From positions 1 through 57,444 of the forward strand of contig JBMFRX010000009.1 of the NCBI GenBank assembly GCA_049967855.1: a stretch of DNA of 57,444 bases, read 5' to 3'. The notes under the pieces were generated by a model, which was not told the origin of the DNA, searched no databases, and saw nothing but the letters and a program-made list of their open reading frames with translations. Source of the DNA: Caldisericaceae bacterium. Its GTDB lineage: Bacteria; Caldisericota; Caldisericia; Caldisericales; Caldisericaceae. Of this stretch, positions 20,215 to 30,517 are shown piece after piece (position 1 is the stretch's first letter; each line of letters starts with the position of its first letter). A program made the translations under genes and the position numbers.

Positions 20215-22308
20215 TCATTTCACCTTTTCAAGAGGAGCATATCTCAAATCAAGCTTCTTCCGTCCTATTTTAAGGAAATCAACAACTGCATATGGTATCT
20301 CAGAATCAAAATGGACTTCTATAACACTGCCAAGACCCCATACACGATGCAATACTTTATCCCCATCACTTAAAGCAAAACTCGGCTTAACTGCTTCAGC
20401 TTGCACGGTCTCGGCAATATCAAGCTCGTCAATGAACCGTGACTTCCTCGTAGGCCCTATCAAACCAAACTTGTTTCTCCTTGCTGCATACGTAAGGAAT
20501 AGTTTCTCCTTAGCCCTTGTAATTCCAACATAACAGAGCCTGCGCTCCTCTTCTACATCGTTTGAAGACTCAAGCGCTCTAAAATGTGGAAGGGAACCTT
20601 CCTCTAAACCTGTGAGAAAAACAACAGGGAACTCAAGCCCTTTGGCTGAGTGCAATGTCATCATCAAAACCCTGCTTAAAGAATTGACCTCATCAATATC
20701 AGTTATAAGAGAAATCTGAGTAAGAAGAGCTTCCAAATTTGGGTTCTCTGTTTGGTGAGAAAACTCGGTCACCATATTAATAAACTCTCTAATGTTCTCA
20801 ACTTTATACTCGGCTTCGTCTCCATATTTATCAGAAAGGTATCCGTAATAATTAGTCTCAGAGATAATTTCCTCTATTAATCTGCTGAGAGCAACCTTTT
20901 CAGATTGCGACTGAAATTCTACAATCATATTGTAGAAATTCTCAAAAGGTTTCTTCCTGCTGTCATTGCTTTCTACAAGGCTCTCTATGGCTTCAAAATA
21001 AGAGCACCCTTTCTCTTCGCTTATCTGCTCAATGGTTGCAAAAGTCTGCTCTCCTATTTTCCTTGACGGGATGTTAATAATCCGTTTAAGACTGACATTA
21101 TCAAATCTATTGTTTGTCACATTGAGGTAGGCAATCATATCTTTAATCTCGACCCGACTATAGAACTTAAGCCCGCCTACTACCTGGTAAGGAATTCCTT
21201 CGTTGACAAAATATTCCTCAAATACACGAGATTGTGCATTGGTGCGATAAAAAATAGCAAAGTCAGAGTAAGAGTATTTTCCTCCTTCAACCATCTCGGT
21301 TATTTTCCTTGCAACAAACCGAGCCTCGTCATTTTCATCAAGAGCTTCGTACAAATTCACAGAATCAGGAATTTCCTTGTCACAGTAGAGCTTCTTGTTG
21401 CTTCTTGAGCGATTATGCTTAATAAGGCTGTTTGCAACATCAAGTACCCCTTGAGGAGACCTGTAATTCTTTTCAAGCTTTACAGTCTTGGTTTCTGGAA
21501 AGTCCTCAAGCATTGAATCTATAAAGCTTGCACTTGCACCTCTGAACGAATATATGCTCTGGTCATCGTCTCCCACAACCGTCAGTTTCCTGTTCTTGAG
21601 AGCTATCATCTTTATGAGCTCGTATTGAGTTTTATTGACATCCTGAAATTCGTCAACAAGGATATATTTGAACTTATCCATATAGTGAAACCTCACTGCT
21701 TCATTCTCGTTTAATAGCTTGACAGTTAGTGTAAGCAGGTCGTCAAAATCAAGAGAATTGCTGGCTTTTAGTCTTTCATCGTACTTTGCATAAATTGAGG
21801 CAACTGTCTTTTCAAAGTAAGCATAAGCAATCTTCTTGTATTCCGCGCTATCAACAAGGTCGATTTTGGCCTTTGATATGCTGTTCTTTACAGCCTTTGG
21901 GTCAAGGTACTTTGAGTCAATATTCAGACCTTTCATTATGTCGCGAATCACTCGAACAGAATCCTCTTCATCAAGAATCGAAAAATTGCTTTTATATCCA
22001 AGGTGATGTATTTCACTTCTGAGAATCCTTGCACACATTGAGTGAAAAGTTCCTATCCATAACCCATTTATATCACTTCCGATAAGTTTTTGCGTGCGTT
22101 CCTTCATTTCAAGCGCAGCCTTGTTGGTAAATGTTACTGCAAAGATTCTTGAAGGCAGCACCTGAACATCTCCAATAATATAGGCAATTTTGTATGTTAT
22201 CACTTTTGTCTTTCCTGAGCCTGCGCCTGCAAAAATAAGCAAAGGGCCATCGTTATAAAGGACGGCCTCCTTTTGCTGCTCATTTAAGTCATCAAGATAA
22301 CTGCTCAA
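20215..22308 (-). CDS. pcrA: ATP-dependent DNA helicase PcrA/UvrD
   Basis: AGAGSGKT, TFTNKAA, VDEFQD, VGDDDQSIYSFRGA, HSAKGLEF and EERRLCYVGITRA; C-terminal Tudor-like domain. Confidence 0.95.
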   Translation of the reverse strand: MSSYLDDLNEQQKEAVLYNDGPLLIFAGAGSGKTKVITYKIAYIIGDVQVLPSRIFAVTFTNKAALEMKERTQKLIGSDINGLWIGTFHSMCARILRSEIHHLGYKSNFSILDEEDSVRVIRDIMKGLNIDSKYLDPKAVKNSISKAKIDLVDSAEYKKIAYAYFEKTVASIYAKYDERLKASNSLDFDDLLTLTVKLLNENEAVRFHYMDKFKYILVDEFQDVNKTQYELIKMIALKNRKLTVVGDDDQSIYSFRGASASFIDSMLEDFPETKTVKLEKNYRSPQGVLDVANSLIKHNRSRSNKKLYCDKEIPDSVNLYEALDENDEARFVARKITEMVEGGKYSYSDFAIFYRTNAQSRVFEEYFVNEGIPYQVVGGLKFYSRVEIKDMIAYLNVTNNRFDNVSLKRIINIPSRKIGEQTFATIEQISEEKGCSYFEAIESLVESNDSRKKPFENFYNMIVEFQSQSEKVALSRLIEEIISETNYYGYLSDKYGDEAEYKVENIREFINMVTEFSHQTENPNLEALLTQISLITDIDEVNSLSRVLMMTLHSAKGLEFPVVFLTGLEEGSLPHFRALESSNDVEEERRLCYVGITRAKEKLFLTYAARRNKFGLIGPTRKSRFIDELDIAETVQAEAVKPSFALSDGDKVLHRVWGLGSVIEVHFDSEIPYAVVDFLKIGRKKLDLRYAPLEKVK

Positions 22309-22949
22309 ATCAGTCCCCTAATAAGAATTGCAACCAGGTTGAAGCTACTAACAAAGTAAACAATATACAAAAACCCAAGCATTGCTGCTATAATGGGCAA
22401 CGAAAAAATAAGCCACGCAATATTTGTTTTAATTTCATGGGTATTCTTGATAGCCATTACAAACAAATATATTTCCCACAAAATGAAAACAAGCGATACA
22501 ACAGCTGGCATTGAGGCCCTGAAAACAAGAGAGTAAATTAACGATATGAGCCTTTGCAAAAGAACAGGAGAAGAGGCAAAAGTCCACGATATAAAAAGAG
22601 TTAAACCATCAGATTTCCTGACTGCCAATTCAGCAAACAGGTTGTAAAAAGCCACAGTTACGAATGTGCTTACAAACGGGCTCAACAATGAAAAGACAAG
22701 CATAAATTCTGAACGAACATAAAATGAAATGAAGCTTCCCAATGAAGCATAAACACTTTGCAACTCTTGCGGAAGGTCACTTAAATTCTCTTTTGAAAGG
22801 GAAAGAAAAGAAGCATAAGTAAACAAATACAACACTACTCCAAAAAGAAGCAGATAGAGAATCGTTGCATACATTGGCTTCTGCTCCTTTATCCTCGTAA
22901 AAGCCTCCCCAGGTCTTGCAAGCATTTTTAAAATGAGTTCAATGGTCAT
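22305..22949 (-). CDS. Yip1-family membrane protein
   Basis: N-terminal L.RP.EAF..I and about five TM segments. Confidence 0.65.
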   Translation of the reverse strand: MTIELILKMLARPGEAFTRIKEQKPMYATILYLLLFGVVLYLFTYASFLSLSKENLSDLPQELQSVYASLGSFISFYVRSEFMLVFSLLSPFVSTFVTVAFYNLFAELAVRKSDGLTLFISWTFASSPVLLQRLISLIYSLVFRASMPAVVSLVFILWEIYLFVMAIKNTHEIKTNIAWLIFSLPIIAAMLGFLYIVYFVSSFNLVAILIRGLI

Positions 22950-22950
22950 A

Positions 22951-23904
22951 TTATTTCTCCCCCTCTTTTATCGAGTCAATTATTTCTCTAATTGCGCTTG
23001 CAAGAGGCATTCGTATGGTGCACCCTGCGGCAAGCACGTGGCCGCCTCCTCCAAACTTTTCGGCAATTCTCTTCACATCCACCTTTCCCTTTCCGCGAAG
23101 GCTCACTTTAATATCGTTGGGCCTTTCCTTGAAAAAAACAACAACATTTGATTCCCTAAGTTTTTGCATATAATCAACAATCCCTTCGGTGTCTTCCTCT
23201 AATGCCTTACATTGTACAAAGTCTTCAGCTGTAATATACGAATAAGCAATGCCTTGTTCCACATTAAGCCTTGTTAAAGCTAACCCAAGCAGCTTCAAAT
23301 GAGGGAGCGTTTCCTGCTCATAAATCATTCTTCCAATATAATCAGGCCTTGCACCATATTCTACAAGCTTCCTTCCAACTTCAAAAGCCTCTGCTGTTGC
23401 ATTGGAATAGTGAAAAGAACCGGTATCGGTCATAAGCCCTGTGAAGAATGCATCACTGATATCTGGGTCGATAGGGAAACCTTCCTGCTCAAAAAACCTC
23501 AGCAGTATAGAAGTGGTTGATGGGGCAGAGCCATCAACGTAATTGTAAGTTGCAAACCTTCCATTGCCAGGATGATGGTCAATATTCACAGTAATTTTGA
23601 ATGTTCTAAGACGCTCTTCAAGTCCTTCAACCCTGCTTGTCATCGCGGCATCAACCAGAACTCCAACTTCAGCTTCGCAAAGAAATCCAATATCGTTATT
23701 GATGAGCTCATAGTCCTTCAGGAAAACAAACTTCTCGGGAACTGGTTCGGGAACAACATAGAAAACGCGCTTTCCTATCTTTTTGAGAGACAAACCAAGA
23801 CCTAGAGAAGCTCCAATAGTATCCCCATCTGCATTTGCATGTGAGAAAATTGCAAAAGACTCATATTTTCTGAAAACTTCGCCTAATGTCTTGAAATCCG
23901 TCAT
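22951..23904 (-). CDS. nrnA: DHH-family oligoribonuclease/pAp phosphatase
   Basis: SHANADGD, NIDHH, TDTGSF and GGGGH; follows rbfA. Confidence 0.92.
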   Translation of the reverse strand: MTDFKTLGEVFRKYESFAIFSHANADGDTIGASLGLGLSLKKIGKRVFYVVPEPVPEKFVFLKDYELINNDIGFLCEAEVGVLVDAAMTSRVEGLEERLRTFKITVNIDHHPGNGRFATYNYVDGSAPSTTSILLRFFEQEGFPIDPDISDAFFTGLMTDTGSFHYSNATAEAFEVGRKLVEYGARPDYIGRMIYEQETLPHLKLLGLALTRLNVEQGIAYSYITAEDFVQCKALEEDTEGIVDYMQKLRESNVVVFFKERPNDIKVSLRGKGKVDVKRIAEKFGGGGHVLAAGCTIRMPLASAIREIIDSIKEGEK

Positions 23905-24263
23905 TCTCCTTTTTCCTTTAACTCTTTCTCAATCGAGTCAAGAATGCTAAGCACCTGATTTCCTTCCTGTAAAGACAAATCAAATTGAAAGGCAATAACA
24001 GGCACCTTCCTCATATCTTTGAGCCTGTAAGCAAGGTCGCGCTGTATTCTTCCAAGTGCTTTTGATAGCCTTAGCTTTGCGTCATCCTGCTCTGCTTCCT
24101 TTCCTATCAATGTATAGTAGATCTTGGCAAAGTGCAAATCTTTAGTGACTTCAACGTGTGTAATGGTTATGCTATTCAGGATTGGGTCATCAAGAGAATG
24201 CATATAAATTGAAATTTCTCTGAGGATCGCTGACTCAACCCTCGACCTTCTCAAATCACTCAT
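23901..24263 (-). CDS. rbfA: Ribosome-binding factor A
   Basis: R..RV...I.REIS, ITITHVEVTKDLHFAKIYY and RKVP.I.F..D.S. Confidence 0.9.
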   Translation of the reverse strand: MSDLRRSRVESAILREISIYMHSLDDPILNSITITHVEVTKDLHFAKIYYTLIGKEAEQDDAKLRLSKALGRIQRDLAYRLKDMRKVPVIAFQFDLSLQEGNQVLSILDSIEKELKEKGE

Positions 24264-25150
24264 TTTGTTATCCCTTCCTTATATACAATAAGCGCACCTA
24301 TCAAGTTGAACAAAATCGTCTCAAAAACAACTAAACTAAGACTTACTCCGTTTAGAAAAAGTACTTCAGACACGCTTATTAAAAATAAACTTATGCTTCC
24401 AAAAAGCTTTATCTTCTCACCTGCAAGAACTGCGTAGCAAAGAGACAACAGGATTATGCTAACAAGAGACCACGCATGTATGCCTGTCCTGAAAATATAG
24501 GTAAAACCAACACCTATTAATAACAATCCAGTAAATATTTCAATCTGATTAAAATATTTTCTAATGACTCTAAAGGCAACGAAAAACTTATTGATAGCTA
24601 TTGCGGTCAACACAAATGGAATCCCTAAGCCAAGTGAGTAGATGGCAAGCAGAGCCACACCTTTTCCCATTGTATCAAGGGTGCTTGCCTGAGTTAAAAT
24701 AGCTCCAAGTATAGGACCAACACAAGGCGTCCACCCAAAACTAAACGCAATCCCCAACAATAAGGCATTTAGAAAAGATGGCGTGCGACTTTTCACATTT
24801 GCCTTCTTTTCATAGTTAAGAAACTTAAATCTAACAAGCCCTGACGTGTGCAGCCCAAAAAGAGCAATAATGATACCTGCTATAAGGTCAAAAGTGCGCT
24901 TGTTCCTCGAAAGAATTCTTCCCACTGCTGAAGCGGAAGCGCCAAGTAATATAAAAACAATAGAGAAACCTATTACAAAAGCAACAGAATTTGCAAAAAT
25001 TTTAGATGTATTTGCGTCTCCTTCGTTTATATCCTGCAGAGAAACCCCAGAAATGTACGAAATGTATGCAGGGATAAGCGGTAAGACGCAAGGCGAAAGA
25101 AAAGACAATATACCTCCAAACAATGCTGTTAAAATCGAAACGCTACCCAT
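24260..25150 (-). CDS. ccdA: Cytochrome c biogenesis/thiol-disulfide transporter CcdA with C-terminal extension
   Basis: SFLSPCVLPLIPAY, FGWTPCVGPILG and YSLGLGIPF. ATG 25150 follows SD GGGAG. Confidence 0.9.
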   Translation of the reverse strand: MGSVSILTALFGGILSFLSPCVLPLIPAYISYISGVSLQDINEGDANTSKIFANSVAFVIGFSIVFILLGASASAVGRILSRNKRTFDLIAGIIIALFGLHTSGLVRFKFLNYEKKANVKSRTPSFLNALLLGIAFSFGWTPCVGPILGAILTQASTLDTMGKGVALLAIYSLGLGIPFVLTAIAINKFFVAFRVIRKYFNQIEIFTGLLLIGVGFTYIFRTGIHAWSLVSIILLSLCYAVLAGEKIKLFGSISLFLISVSEVLFLNGVSLSLVVFETILFNLIGALIVYKEGITK

Positions 25151-25166
25151 CTTACACTCCCTCAAC

Positions 25167-25874
25167 TCAGATCAGGAGGACAGAAAGAATCCCTGCGAGA
25201 AATATACCGTCAAAAGTCCCTGCACCACCAATGCTTGCCACTGGCGCACCAAGAGAAGAAATCTTATTCAAATTGCTAAGGTCGGCACCTATGAGCGTCC
25301 CTATCGTTCCACTTACGTAAGCAATTGCAGGATGCATGCTCTTTCCGAGGAGAAGTGTAGCCACTACCGTAATAATAGGAGGAATCAAAAATGGAATAGC
25401 TATTCCCACTCCTCTTATGGGCTTCGCAAAAAAGTGGGTAACCAAAGCAACAACAATAGTCGCTGCAACAAGGGAAAAGAGAGCTGCAAAATCAAGGCGA
25501 CTTATCCTTATAACTTCATAGATAGCGATAAAAATTGGAATTAACCCACCTCCGACATTCAAAGCAACTATGGTCTTTGTGTTTGACAACTGCGGCAGAA
25601 CATAAGTCACGCCAAATGCAGAGGTTTTTGGAACCTGCACAATTTGCTCTTCTGAATCTATCTCCTTTACGGGTATGTTAATCATACTTCCTATAAGGCT
25701 GAGAAAGAACAACAAAGCGCCTGTTGCTGGGCTAAAACCAAGTTTACCAAAAGCCTCCACGACACCATCTGCAAAGATGAGTATCATCAAGGGGAATATG
25801 AGTAAAAACACTGCCACCAAAAAAAGAACAAAATAAAAATTCCACGGTGAGTAAGCATAAAATTTTCTATTCAT
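25167..25874 (-). CDS. DUF1614-family membrane protein
   Basis: SLIGSMINIP, ALNVGGGLIP, GTLIGADL and SIGGAGTFDGIFLAGI. Confidence 0.85.
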   Translation of the reverse strand: MNRKFYAYSPWNFYFVLFLVAVFLLIFPLMILIFADGVVEAFGKLGFSPATGALLFFLSLIGSMINIPVKEIDSEEQIVQVPKTSAFGVTYVLPQLSNTKTIVALNVGGGLIPIFIAIYEVIRISRLDFAALFSLVAATIVVALVTHFFAKPIRGVGIAIPFLIPPIITVVATLLLGKSMHPAIAYVSGTIGTLIGADLSNLNKISSLGAPVASIGGAGTFDGIFLAGILSVLLI

Positions 25875-26018
25875 TATCAATTACCTCTCACTTATTATAA
25901 TAGAAACTCAAGAAATTTCACCTAACTGCAGAAAACTCGCTAAAATCAATCCGCCAGCCTCAGGTAGATAAAAACCAAAAGCGCTTTATTTTTTTTGATA
26001 AATTTTTATAATCTAAGT

Positions 26019-26798
26019 ATGAAAACTACAATTTCAAATTTTGGACTTCTTTTTTCACTGTTAAACTTTGCAATAGGAACAATCATCGGAAGTTTTCTGA
26101 ACGTAGTCATATATAGGCTGCCAAGAAACGAGTCACTTATAAGGCCTCCTTCACATTGCCCCAATTGCGGAAAAGAACTCAAGTGGTATGACCTTGTGCC
26201 TATTCTAAGCTTTGTTATCCTAAAGGGAAAATGCAGGTACTGCGGAGCGAAAATTTCACCGAGGTACCCACTAATTGAGGCTCTGACAGGACTAACGTTT
26301 GTGCTCATAGGACTCCATGCTGGATGGTCAGTTGACTTTGTCTTCTATGCAGTTTTCACATCGGTACTTATTGCCGTTGCATTCATTGATTTGTTCGACG
26401 GAGTAGTTCCAGACTTTCTTGTAATAATAGGCGGCATTGCAGGACTCTTGTTTAATCTTATTGCAGGAAAAATCCCATTCTATCACTCTTTGCTTGGTAT
26501 CGGCCTTGCACTGGTTTTCTTTGGCTTAATAATACTTCTTTCTAAAGGCGGGATGGGACAAGGCGATTTGACTTTAGCCCTTATGATAGGCGCGTTTTTA
26601 GGATGGCAATTTGCACTTGCTACATTCGTTTTGGCTTTCATTATTGGTGCGATTGGAGGCATCGTTGCTTTAGCTTTTCTTAAGAAGAACAGAAAGGATT
26701 CAATCCCTTTCGGCCCGTACTTATCTCTGTCAGCCTTCATTGTGTTGCTTTACGGTTATCAAATTATAAATTTGTACTTCAGGGTATTGCATTTTTGA
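26019..26798 (+). CDS. pilD: Prepilin peptidase/methyltransferase (A24)
   Basis: GSFLNVVIYRLP, CPNC, GKCRYC, FID, GMGQGD and IPFGPYL. Confidence 0.93.
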   Translation: MKTTISNFGLLFSLLNFAIGTIIGSFLNVVIYRLPRNESLIRPPSHCPNCGKELKWYDLVPILSFVILKGKCRYCGAKISPRYPLIEALTGLTFVLIGLHAGWSVDFVFYAVFTSVLIAVAFIDLFDGVVPDFLVIIGGIAGLLFNLIAGKIPFYHSLLGIGLALVFFGLIILLSKGGMGQGDLTLALMIGAFLGWQFALATFVLAFIIGAIGGIVALAFLKKNRKDSIPFGPYLSLSAFIVLLYGYQIINLYFRVLHF

Positions 26799-26856
26799 TT
26801 TTTTTTATTTTAAAGTAAAATGATTATAATCGTACATTCAGAAAGAGAGGTGAAAA

Positions 26857-28005
26857 ATGAGCGCATTATTTGGGGGAAATGGCAAGACACCTGTTATTGG
26901 ACTTGACTTGGGCTCAGGCTATATTAAGATGGCTCAGTTCAAGGATGAGCCAAATGGCCTTAAGCTTGTTAACTTTGGGGTTTTACCTGTGCCAGATGGT
27001 TCAATAGTTGAAGGACGCGTTGAGAAACCCAAGGAAATACAGGACATTATAAAGGAATTGGTGACCTTTCACTCATTTCTTGGGAACAGGGTAGTTGCAA
27101 ACGTCTCAGGACAACTTGTAGTTGTAAAAGAACTGCTAATGGAAGACCTTCCTGAGGATGAATTGTCGGAGGCAATAAAATGGGAAATGGAAAAATTCCT
27201 GCCTTTCCCGATAGAGAAAGCTACCTTCGACTTTCAGGTCTTGAACAGAGTCATCGAGGAAAAAGGAACTAAACTCGATGTACTCGTTACAGCAGCACCT
27301 CTTGATGTGGTGCAACTTACGGTGGATCTTCTTAAAATGGCAAACCTTGAGCCAGTTGCTATCGAGGTGGAACCCTTTGCGGCAATACGCCTCCTCAATT
27401 TTATGGAGGACTTTTCCTTTAGTGACGAGATACTCCTTGCAATTATAAACATTGGGCACAACTACACATCGATAAATATGATAGATAAAGGTATGGTTAG
27501 ATTTTCCCGCACCCTGCCCGTGGGAGGAAGAAGCCTTACTGAAGCAATTTCAAGCTACTTTGGCAAAAGCTATGAAGAGTCGGAGGAAATGAAAATCAAG
27601 GAGCTTGACCTATCAAAAACAGACTCGCAAATCTTTGCAGCCACAAAGCCCATATTTGACAATTTAGCCCTTGAAATCAAACGCTCAATCAGTTTCTACT
27701 TTAACAAATACAACGAAGGCAAGACTATGAATACTGCTATCCTATTGGAAGGTGGCACAGCTAATGTAAAAGGCCTTGAGCAGTTCTTCGAGAGCGCCAT
27801 AGGAGTATCAACTGTAATAAATCGCCTCTTCACAAGTGTCGGTACGTTCGATTCTAACCTTTTTACAAAAGAGTATCTTCACGAGATGGCTCCAATGTTT
27901 TCTGTTGCAACAGGCCTTGCATTGCGAGACCACCAGCTCAAACAAAAGGGAAAAAGAAAGAAAGAAAAAGGCGCAAAAAGTCCTTTAGCGTACAAAAAGG
28001 GGTGA
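26857..28005 (+). CDS. pilM: Type IV pilus assembly protein PilM (actin-like)
   Basis: IGLDLGS, FDFQ, INIGH, GG..LT, LEGGTA and VATGLALR. Confidence 0.92.
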   Translation: MSALFGGNGKTPVIGLDLGSGYIKMAQFKDEPNGLKLVNFGVLPVPDGSIVEGRVEKPKEIQDIIKELVTFHSFLGNRVVANVSGQLVVVKELLMEDLPEDELSEAIKWEMEKFLPFPIEKATFDFQVLNRVIEEKGTKLDVLVTAAPLDVVQLTVDLLKMANLEPVAIEVEPFAAIRLLNFMEDFSFSDEILLAIINIGHNYTSINMIDKGMVRFSRTLPVGGRSLTEAISSYFGKSYEESEEMKIKELDLSKTDSQIFAATKPIFDNLALEIKRSISFYFNKYNEGKTMNTAILLEGGTANVKGLEQFFESAIGVSTVINRLFTSVGTFDSNLFTKEYLHEMAPMFSVATGLALRDHQLKQKGKRKKEKGAKSPLAYKKG

Positions 28006-28008
28006 GGT

Positions 28009-28590
28009 ATGGAATATTCAATAGATATAAATCTGCTTCCAGGGAAACATAAACGAAGAAAGAGATTATCAAAAGAAACCAAACAAGTCATATCAATCGG
28101 GGTAATAATCTTCGTATTGCTTATGGTTGTCTACGGTGGGATGTGGTATCAGGTTTTCACAAAGACAAACTACCTTGCAGACCTGAACAATAAAATAGAT
28201 TCGCTTAAGAAAGTTGAGGATGCCCTTAACAAAAGGAGTTCGCTTGGTGATACGCTGAACTACTATGAAACTACTATCGAGAACCTCGCAAAATCTCAAA
28301 TTAACTGGAATAGCCTCGTTTCAGAAATTGCACAGGCTTTACCAAAAGATGCTGTTATTGAAACCCTTACGGCGGACACTGGAAAGAAGACTGTAACATT
28401 AACTGGCCATGTACCAACCCTCCAAAAACTTGCCTGGACAGTTAACTCACTTATAGCAGATGAAAACTTTTCCAACATAAGTGTTGATAACTATACACTT
28501 CCTCTTGGCTCACAGACACAGCAGGCAGCAAACAAAATTAATTATGCAACATTTACAATTTCTCTACAATGGAAGGGGATGGGAAAATGA
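28009..28590 (+). CDS. pilN: Type IV pilus assembly protein PilN
   Basis: N-terminal INLLP PilM-binding motif, one TM segment and a coiled coil. Confidence 0.85.
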   Translation: MEYSIDINLLPGKHKRRKRLSKETKQVISIGVIIFVLLMVVYGGMWYQVFTKTNYLADLNNKIDSLKKVEDALNKRSSLGDTLNYYETTIENLAKSQINWNSLVSEIAQALPKDAVIETLTADTGKKTVTLTGHVPTLQKLAWTVNSLIADENFSNISVDNYTLPLGSQTQQAANKINYATFTISLQWKGMGK

Positions 28591-29165
28591 AAGATATGAA
28601 CATTAACGTCTCAAAGGAAGCACTCAAAATAATAGGTTTTGTAATTTTGTTCCTCGTAATTGCGGCCGTATTTGTCTGGTATGTGATAATCCCCAAGTAC
28701 AATCAGATTCAACAGCTTAATACCGAAATTTCAAAACAGGAAGACAGGCTTAACTTGTTGTTACTTGCCCAGAGCAGAATAGCGACTATAAATAACGACA
28801 TTAATACCTTCACTATAAGGATTGCCAATTTACAGCAGGTGTTGCCCCCACTGAGAAATGAATTCCTATACGGAGAAGAGGTATTAGCTCTTGCAAAAAC
28901 ATGCGGTGTAAATGTCACCAGTATGCAATTCCCCAAACAGGCAGGAACAAATACTTCAGCCAACAATGTCGATTTTTCGCTCAACTTGGAGTCAAACAAC
29001 CTTGAGGCAATAACAAAATTTATCTCTGCAATAAAGAACTTTCCTCAAATTACAGAGCTAAACAACCTGAGCATATCAAAAGCTCAATCATCTGCAGGCG
29101 CAATCCAGACCCCTGCATATTCAGCAAATATGAAAGGCATTATTTACCTTTCTCAAAGGAAGTGA
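28587..29165 (+). CDS. pilO: Type IV pilus assembly protein PilO
   Basis: One TM segment, a coiled coil and a ferredoxin-like domain. ATGA overlap with the pilN stop. Confidence 0.8.
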   Translation: MKDMNINVSKEALKIIGFVILFLVIAAVFVWYVIIPKYNQIQQLNTEISKQEDRLNLLLLAQSRIATINNDINTFTIRIANLQQVLPPLRNEFLYGEEVLALAKTCGVNVTSMQFPKQAGTNTSANNVDFSLNLESNNLEAITKFISAIKNFPQITELNNLSISKAQSSAGAIQTPAYSANMKGIIYLSQRK

Positions 29166-29169
29166 TCAT

Positions 29170-29448
29170 ATGAAAGAAAAACAACCTTCTTTAAAGAAGA
29201 GAAATTTTAAAATTTCAACTGGCACTATTATTACAATTGTGGTTCTTATAGCGATATTTGCAATTATCAACTTTGTCGTATTTCCTATGGTTTTCAAGAC
29301 TGAAAGCCCTCAAAACGTTGTTCAACTTCCCATAATAAAGAGAGGCGACGTAGAATTCGTTGACCAGGAAGTTGCCAAAAGGACACTTGTCGTTCCGCCT
29401 CTGGTAGCGCCAGAAAATGCAATTGGAAAAACAAATCCATTTGAATAG
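29170..29448 (+). CDS. Small single-TM protein at the pilP position
   Basis: Hydrophobic N-terminal anchor, C-terminal GKTNPF; follows pilO. Confidence 0.6.
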   Translation: MKEKQPSLKKRNFKISTGTIITIVVLIAIFAIINFVVFPMVFKTESPQNVVQLPIIKRGDVEFVDQEVAKRTLVVPPLVAPENAIGKTNPFE

Positions 29449-29457
29449 GAGGTTTTT

Positions 29458-30516
29458 ATGGAAAGATTCGAAAAGCTTGGCAAGAAAATTCTTGAAAACA
29501 ATATAGATGCTTTTTTCTCAGCATCTGAATCGAATATCAGATATATTACCAACTTCTCAGGAGAAGAAGGCTATATGCTCGCTTTTCCCGATGAAATCAC
29601 CTTAATAGTTGACTCTCGCTTTACAGAGCAGGCAAAAGGCGAAGTGTTTAATAACGTCAAGGTTGTTGAGTACAGCGGAAGTTTATCAGATTTGATAGGC
29701 AGCTTGCTCAAACAGAAGAAAGTGCATTGGCTTGGTGTCGAAAAAGAACGCATAAGCTATAACCGCTTTGAGTCCCTTGAAGCAATACCATCTGTCAATA
29801 TTGTTCCCTTATCCAATTTTGTTGAAGAGTTTAGAATGATAAAAGACTCAAACGAGCTCGATTTCATTAGAAAAGCATGCGAAATCTCATCGAAGTCATT
29901 CAGCGAAATCTTGCCTCTAATTAAGGAAGGAGTGACTGAAAGAGAAATTGCTTCTGAGCTTGAGTATAGGTTCAGGAAAAACGGAGGTGAAAAACCATCG
30001 TTTGACACTATTGTTGCATCAGGGCCAAGAGGGGCTCTTCCTCACGGCGTAGCTTCAGATAAGCCAATTAAGGCACACGAGCCAATTGTTGTCGACTTTG
30101 GTGTATTCAGCAAAGGCTATGCCTCAGACACAACAAGAATGATTTCCATTGGTGAGCCTTCTCCAGAATTTAAAACCTGCTATGAAGCTGTGAAAGAGTC
30201 TCAGAAACTCGGGCGCGACTTTGCAAGAGCGGGAGTAAAAGCTTCTGACGTTGACAAAAAGGTTCGTGATTACCTTAAAGAGAAAAACCTTTCTTTTGGT
30301 CACGGACTAGGACACGGAGTAGGCCTTGAAATCCACGAGCTCCCATTTGTCAATTCAAGCTCACCTTTTACTCTCGAAGAAGGAATGGTAATAACTATAG
30401 AACCAGGTTTGTATTTCCCCGACAAATTCGGAATGCGTCTCGAAGACACGGTAATCGTAAGGCAAGATGGGGTCGAGCAGCTGATAAACTTACCTCACGA
30501 AGTAATTATCGTATAA
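29458..30516 (+). CDS. Xaa-Pro aminopeptidase (M24B)
   Basis: SFDTIVASG, PHG, DFG, SDTTR, HGLGHGVGLEIHE, TIEPG and RLED. Confidence 0.93.
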   Translation: MERFEKLGKKILENNIDAFFSASESNIRYITNFSGEEGYMLAFPDEITLIVDSRFTEQAKGEVFNNVKVVEYSGSLSDLIGSLLKQKKVHWLGVEKERISYNRFESLEAIPSVNIVPLSNFVEEFRMIKDSNELDFIRKACEISSKSFSEILPLIKEGVTEREIASELEYRFRKNGGEKPSFDTIVASGPRGALPHGVASDKPIKAHEPIVVDFGVFSKGYASDTTRMISIGEPSPEFKTCYEAVKESQKLGRDFARAGVKASDVDKKVRDYLKEKNLSFGHGLGHGVGLEIHELPFVNSSSPFTLEEGMVITIEPGLYFPDKFGMRLEDTVIVRQDGVEQLINLPHEVIIV

Positions 30517-30517
30517 T

